Shown one piece after another: positions 14,699 to 17,010 of a stretch of 17,010 nt of DNA (position 1 is its first letter; each line of letters starts with the position of its first letter). The translations under genes were made by a program, and so were the position numbers. The stretch spans positions 1 to 17,010 of the forward strand of contig JBDZWC010000064.1 of the NCBI GenBank assembly GCA_040256005.1, written 5' to 3'. A model generated the notes under the pieces. The model ran no database searches and was not told the origin of the DNA. It saw only the letters and a program-made list of their open reading frames with translations. This stretch comes from Deinococcaceae bacterium. GTDB taxonomy: Bacteria; Deinococcota; Deinococci; Deinococcales; Trueperaceae.

Positions 14699-16891
14699 GT
14701 GGCCCGAGTCTGGCGGGAGGAACGGTCGTGGCGTCAGGTGCCTAGCAGCGCGAGCGCTCTGGCCCGGATGAGGGAACAACAGCGCCAGGTCGTGAAGGGC
14801 TTCCTGTGGACGCTCTTCGCCATCGTCGCCGTATCCGTCGTCCTCAACGCCGTCCTGCTCGGTAGTGAGTTCGTCGCACCGGTCACGCTCGCCACCAACC
14901 TGGGTCTGCTGCTCATCGTCGCCGGCTCGATAGCGCTCAACAACTACGGCCGCATGCGTCTGGCCGTGGGTGTCTCGGGCGGGCTGGTCATGGTCACGGC
15001 TTCGCTCCCGCCTCTGGTGGTCGGGCTGGACACCGGCGGCATCGCGGTGGTGCTCTTCTTCATCCCCGTCATCCTCGCCGGCCTCGTGATCAGTCGCAGC
15101 GCGCTCATGTTCACGAGCGGATGGGCCCTGGTCGTCGCTCTCATCTCGCCGGTCATCCACGGGATACCGCTCGGCGTGGGCGGCTCGGCCCCCACGCACC
15201 AGGCTTGGCTGGTCGCGCTGCAGTTCTCGCTGGTGCTCGTCGTCGTGACCCTGCTCCTGGACCGGTTCGGCGTCCGGTTCCAGCGCAGCATGCGGGAGGC
15301 GTTCGCGGAGCAGGCGGCCGCCGAGGCCCAGCTGCTCGATGAGAAAGGCTTCTCCGACGCCATCATCGAGAGCCTGCCCGGCGTGTTCTTCGTGCGCGAC
15401 GGTTCGGGACGCTACCTCAGGTGGAACCGCCGCTTCCAGCAGGTATCCGGCTTCAGCGACGAGGAGTTGGGCGCACTCGACCCACTGGGCCTGTTCGACG
15501 ACGAGATCAAGCCCCAGGTGCGGGGCTACATACGGAAGGTGTTCGAGGAGGGCTCCGCCGCTGCAGACCTCATGATCACCTCGGCCACGGGTGAGAGGCG
15601 GCCGTACTTCCTCAGCGCGACCCGGTTCAACCAAGGGGGCCAGCAGTACCTCGTCGGCACCGGGGTAGACCGCACAGAGCTCGACCGCGCCCGAGCCCAC
15701 ATCGACACGCTGAACCTGGCGCTACAGGAACGCGTGGAGCGCCTCACCGCCTTGCGCGAGATCGACCGCGCGATAATCGGCTCGCTCGACATAGACCTGA
15801 CCCTGGGCGTGATGCTCGACCAGGTGACGACCAAGCTGCACGTGTCTGCAGCGCGGATCCTCCTCTTCGACGACACCGAGCAGGTGCTCCGGTTCGGTGC
15901 CAGCAAGGGTCTGCCTAGCTCCGGGATGCGCAGCTTCAGGGCGCGGTTGGGCGAAGGACCCAGTGGCACCGTCGCCCGCGATCGCGAGAAGCTGGTGATC
16001 GAGGGGGCCGCTAACGTGCAACACACGTTCCAGGGCCTCCACGGCTCCGCCGACAACGCGATCGTGTCCTACGTGGGCGTGGCACTCGTCGCCAAGGGTC
16101 AGCTGCAAGGCGTGCTGGAGGTGTTCCACGACGAGCCGCTCCCCGAGGGCGATGACTGGCACGACTTCCTCGACGCTCTGGCCGTGCAGGCGGCCATCGC
16201 GCTGTCGAACGCCAAGCTGTTCGAGGATCTCGAGCGCTCGAACATCGAGCTCAGGCTCGCTTACGACACCACGATCGAAGGATGGTCGCGCGCCCTCGAC
16301 CTCAAGGACGAGGAGACCGAGGGTCATAGCCGCCGCGTGACGGAGCTGGCCGTGCAGCTGGCGGCTCGGCTGGGGCTGAAAGGCGAGGAGCTCGTTCACG
16401 TCAGGCGTGGCGCCCTGCTGCACGACATCGGCAAGATGGGCGTCCCCGACAAGATCCTGCTCAAGCCAGGCAAGCTGGACCCCGACGAGTGGGAGGTCAT
16501 GAAGCGGCACACGACGCTGGCGTACGAGCTGCTCAACGGCATCCGCTTCCTGAGACCGGCGCTGGCCATACCGCACTCGCACCACGAGCGGTGGGACGGC
16601 ACGGGCTACCCGCTGGGCCTCAAGGGCAGGGACATCCCCATCGCGGCCCGGCTCTTCGCCGTCGTCGACGTCTACGACGCCCTGACGAGCGACCGGCCCT
16701 ACCGCCAGGCCTGGCCGCAGGAGCGGGCGCTCACGTACGTCAAGGAGCAGTCAGGAACTCATTTCGACCCCGGCGTCGTCCAGGTCTTCCTCGAGATGTT
16801 GGAGGAGCGCCGTTCCGAGCGGTCGGGTGGTGGCGCGAGCCGCACGCATGCGCGCGGACCAGAGCGGGACCCGCACAAGACGGGGGCCTAG
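14699..16891 (+). CDS. Membrane-anchored PAS-GAF-HD-GYP cyclic-dinucleotide phosphodiesterase
   Basis: About 6 N-terminal hydrophobic helices, PAS (IIESLPGVFFVRD..WNRRFQQVSGFS), GAF (SYVGVALVAKGQLQGVLEV..AVQAAIALSNA), and HD-GYP motifs TEGHSRRV, LLHDIGK, HHERWDGTGYP, DVYDALTSDRPYR. Start uncertain (14699, 14738 or 14768). Confidence 0.92.
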   Translation: MARVWREERSWRQVPSSASALARMREQQRQVVKGFLWTLFAIVAVSVVLNAVLLGSEFVAPVTLATNLGLLLIVAGSIALNNYGRMRLAVGVSGGLVMVTASLPPLVVGLDTGGIAVVLFFIPVILAGLVISRSALMFTSGWALVVALISPVIHGIPLGVGGSAPTHQAWLVALQFSLVLVVVTLLLDRFGVRFQRSMREAFAEQAAAEAQLLDEKGFSDAIIESLPGVFFVRDGSGRYLRWNRRFQQVSGFSDEELGALDPLGLFDDEIKPQVRGYIRKVFEEGSAAADLMITSATGERRPYFLSATRFNQGGQQYLVGTGVDRTELDRARAHIDTLNLALQERVERLTALREIDRAIIGSLDIDLTLGVMLDQVTTKLHVSAARILLFDDTEQVLRFGASKGLPSSGMRSFRARLGEGPSGTVARDREKLVIEGAANVQHTFQGLHGSADNAIVSYVGVALVAKGQLQGVLEVFHDEPLPEGDDWHDFLDALAVQAAIALSNAKLFEDLERSNIELRLAYDTTIEGWSRALDLKDEETEGHSRRVTELAVQLAARLGLKGEELVHVRRGALLHDIGKMGVPDKILLKPGKLDPDEWEVMKRHTTLAYELLNGIRFLRPALAIPHSHHERWDGTGYPLGLKGRDIPIAARLFAVVDVYDALTSDRPYRQAWPQERALTYVKEQSGTHFDPGVVQVFLEMLEERRSERSGGGASRTHARGPERDPHKTGA

Positions 16892-16892
16892 C

Positions 16893-17009
16893 CTACCGAG
16901 ACGCGGGCCGTCGCTCTCGACCGGACCCAAGGCCGCGCGGCAGGGGGATGAAACGACGTCGAAGCCAGGGAGTCCCGTCCTGGACGTTGATCGTGTGGTG
17001 GGCGGTGAG
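16893..17009 (-). CDS. Possible 3' end of a convergent gene (...LTAHHTINVQDGTPWLRRRFIPLPRGLGSGRERRPASR*)
   Basis: Minus-strand frame open to the window edge, with GC-ending codons in its first third. Its TAG lies next to the HD-GYP stop. Too short to identify. Confidence 0.35.
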   Translation of the reverse strand, partial: LTAHHTINVQDGTPWLRRRFIPLPRGLGSGRERRPASR

Positions 17010-17010
17010 G

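Noticed and set aside
359..16602. Many long alternative-frame or antisense ORFs (e.g. 359-1393 +, 4188-5624 +, 5831-6682 +, 8518-9564 +, 11785-12831 -, 14684-15700 -, 15722-16585 -)
   Set aside because: They overlap well-supported genes, show no family motifs, and are expected shadows of high-GC codon bias.
16948..17010. Plus-strand ORF start MKRRRSQGVPSWTLIVWWAVR at the window edge
   Set aside because: No properly spaced SD and atypical codons (AAA CGA CGT CGA). The minus-strand frame fits better, though flanking sequence is needed to decide.
1..17010. CRISPR arrays, IS/transposase/integrase genes, tRNA/rRNA and defence systems
   Set aside because: No regularly spaced repeats, terminal inverted repeats, recombinase or nuclease motifs, or structural RNA signatures were seen, and composition looks uniform.

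Overview
A high-GC bacterial chromosomal window. Taxonomy is inferred from gene content only: probably Deinococcota/Trueperaceae-like (TPR-GGDEF, GAF-HD-GYP, bacterial RIO kinase, non-lipoprotein peptide-binding protein, TANNNT -10 boxes). On the + strand are the end of a 2-oxoacid:ferredoxin oxidoreductase alpha gene, the beta gene, an SqdX-like GT4 glycosyltransferase, an MFS transporter and a PAS-like/degenerate-GGDEF/EAL protein. Converging on these from the - strand is a peptide ABC cluster (binding protein and two permeases, no ATPase) plus an M19 dipeptidase. A divergent promoter region then leads to a RIO-family kinase/ATPase, a TPR-GGEEF diguanylate cyclase, an M20 amidohydrolase and a membrane-PAS-GAF-HD-GYP phosphodiesterase. 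No mobile element, CRISPR array, tRNA or rRNA was seen. The most notable unannotated feature is the ~260-nt leader of the RIO kinase gene. It holds a 24-codon uORF and four segments with mutually exclusive pairings (1:2, 2:3, 3:4), the last of which sequesters the RIO Shine-Dalgarno. This is the layout of a ribosome-stalling translational attenuator, and suggests the RIO kinase responds to translation stress. The pairings were found by eye and need folding, covariation and reporter tests.
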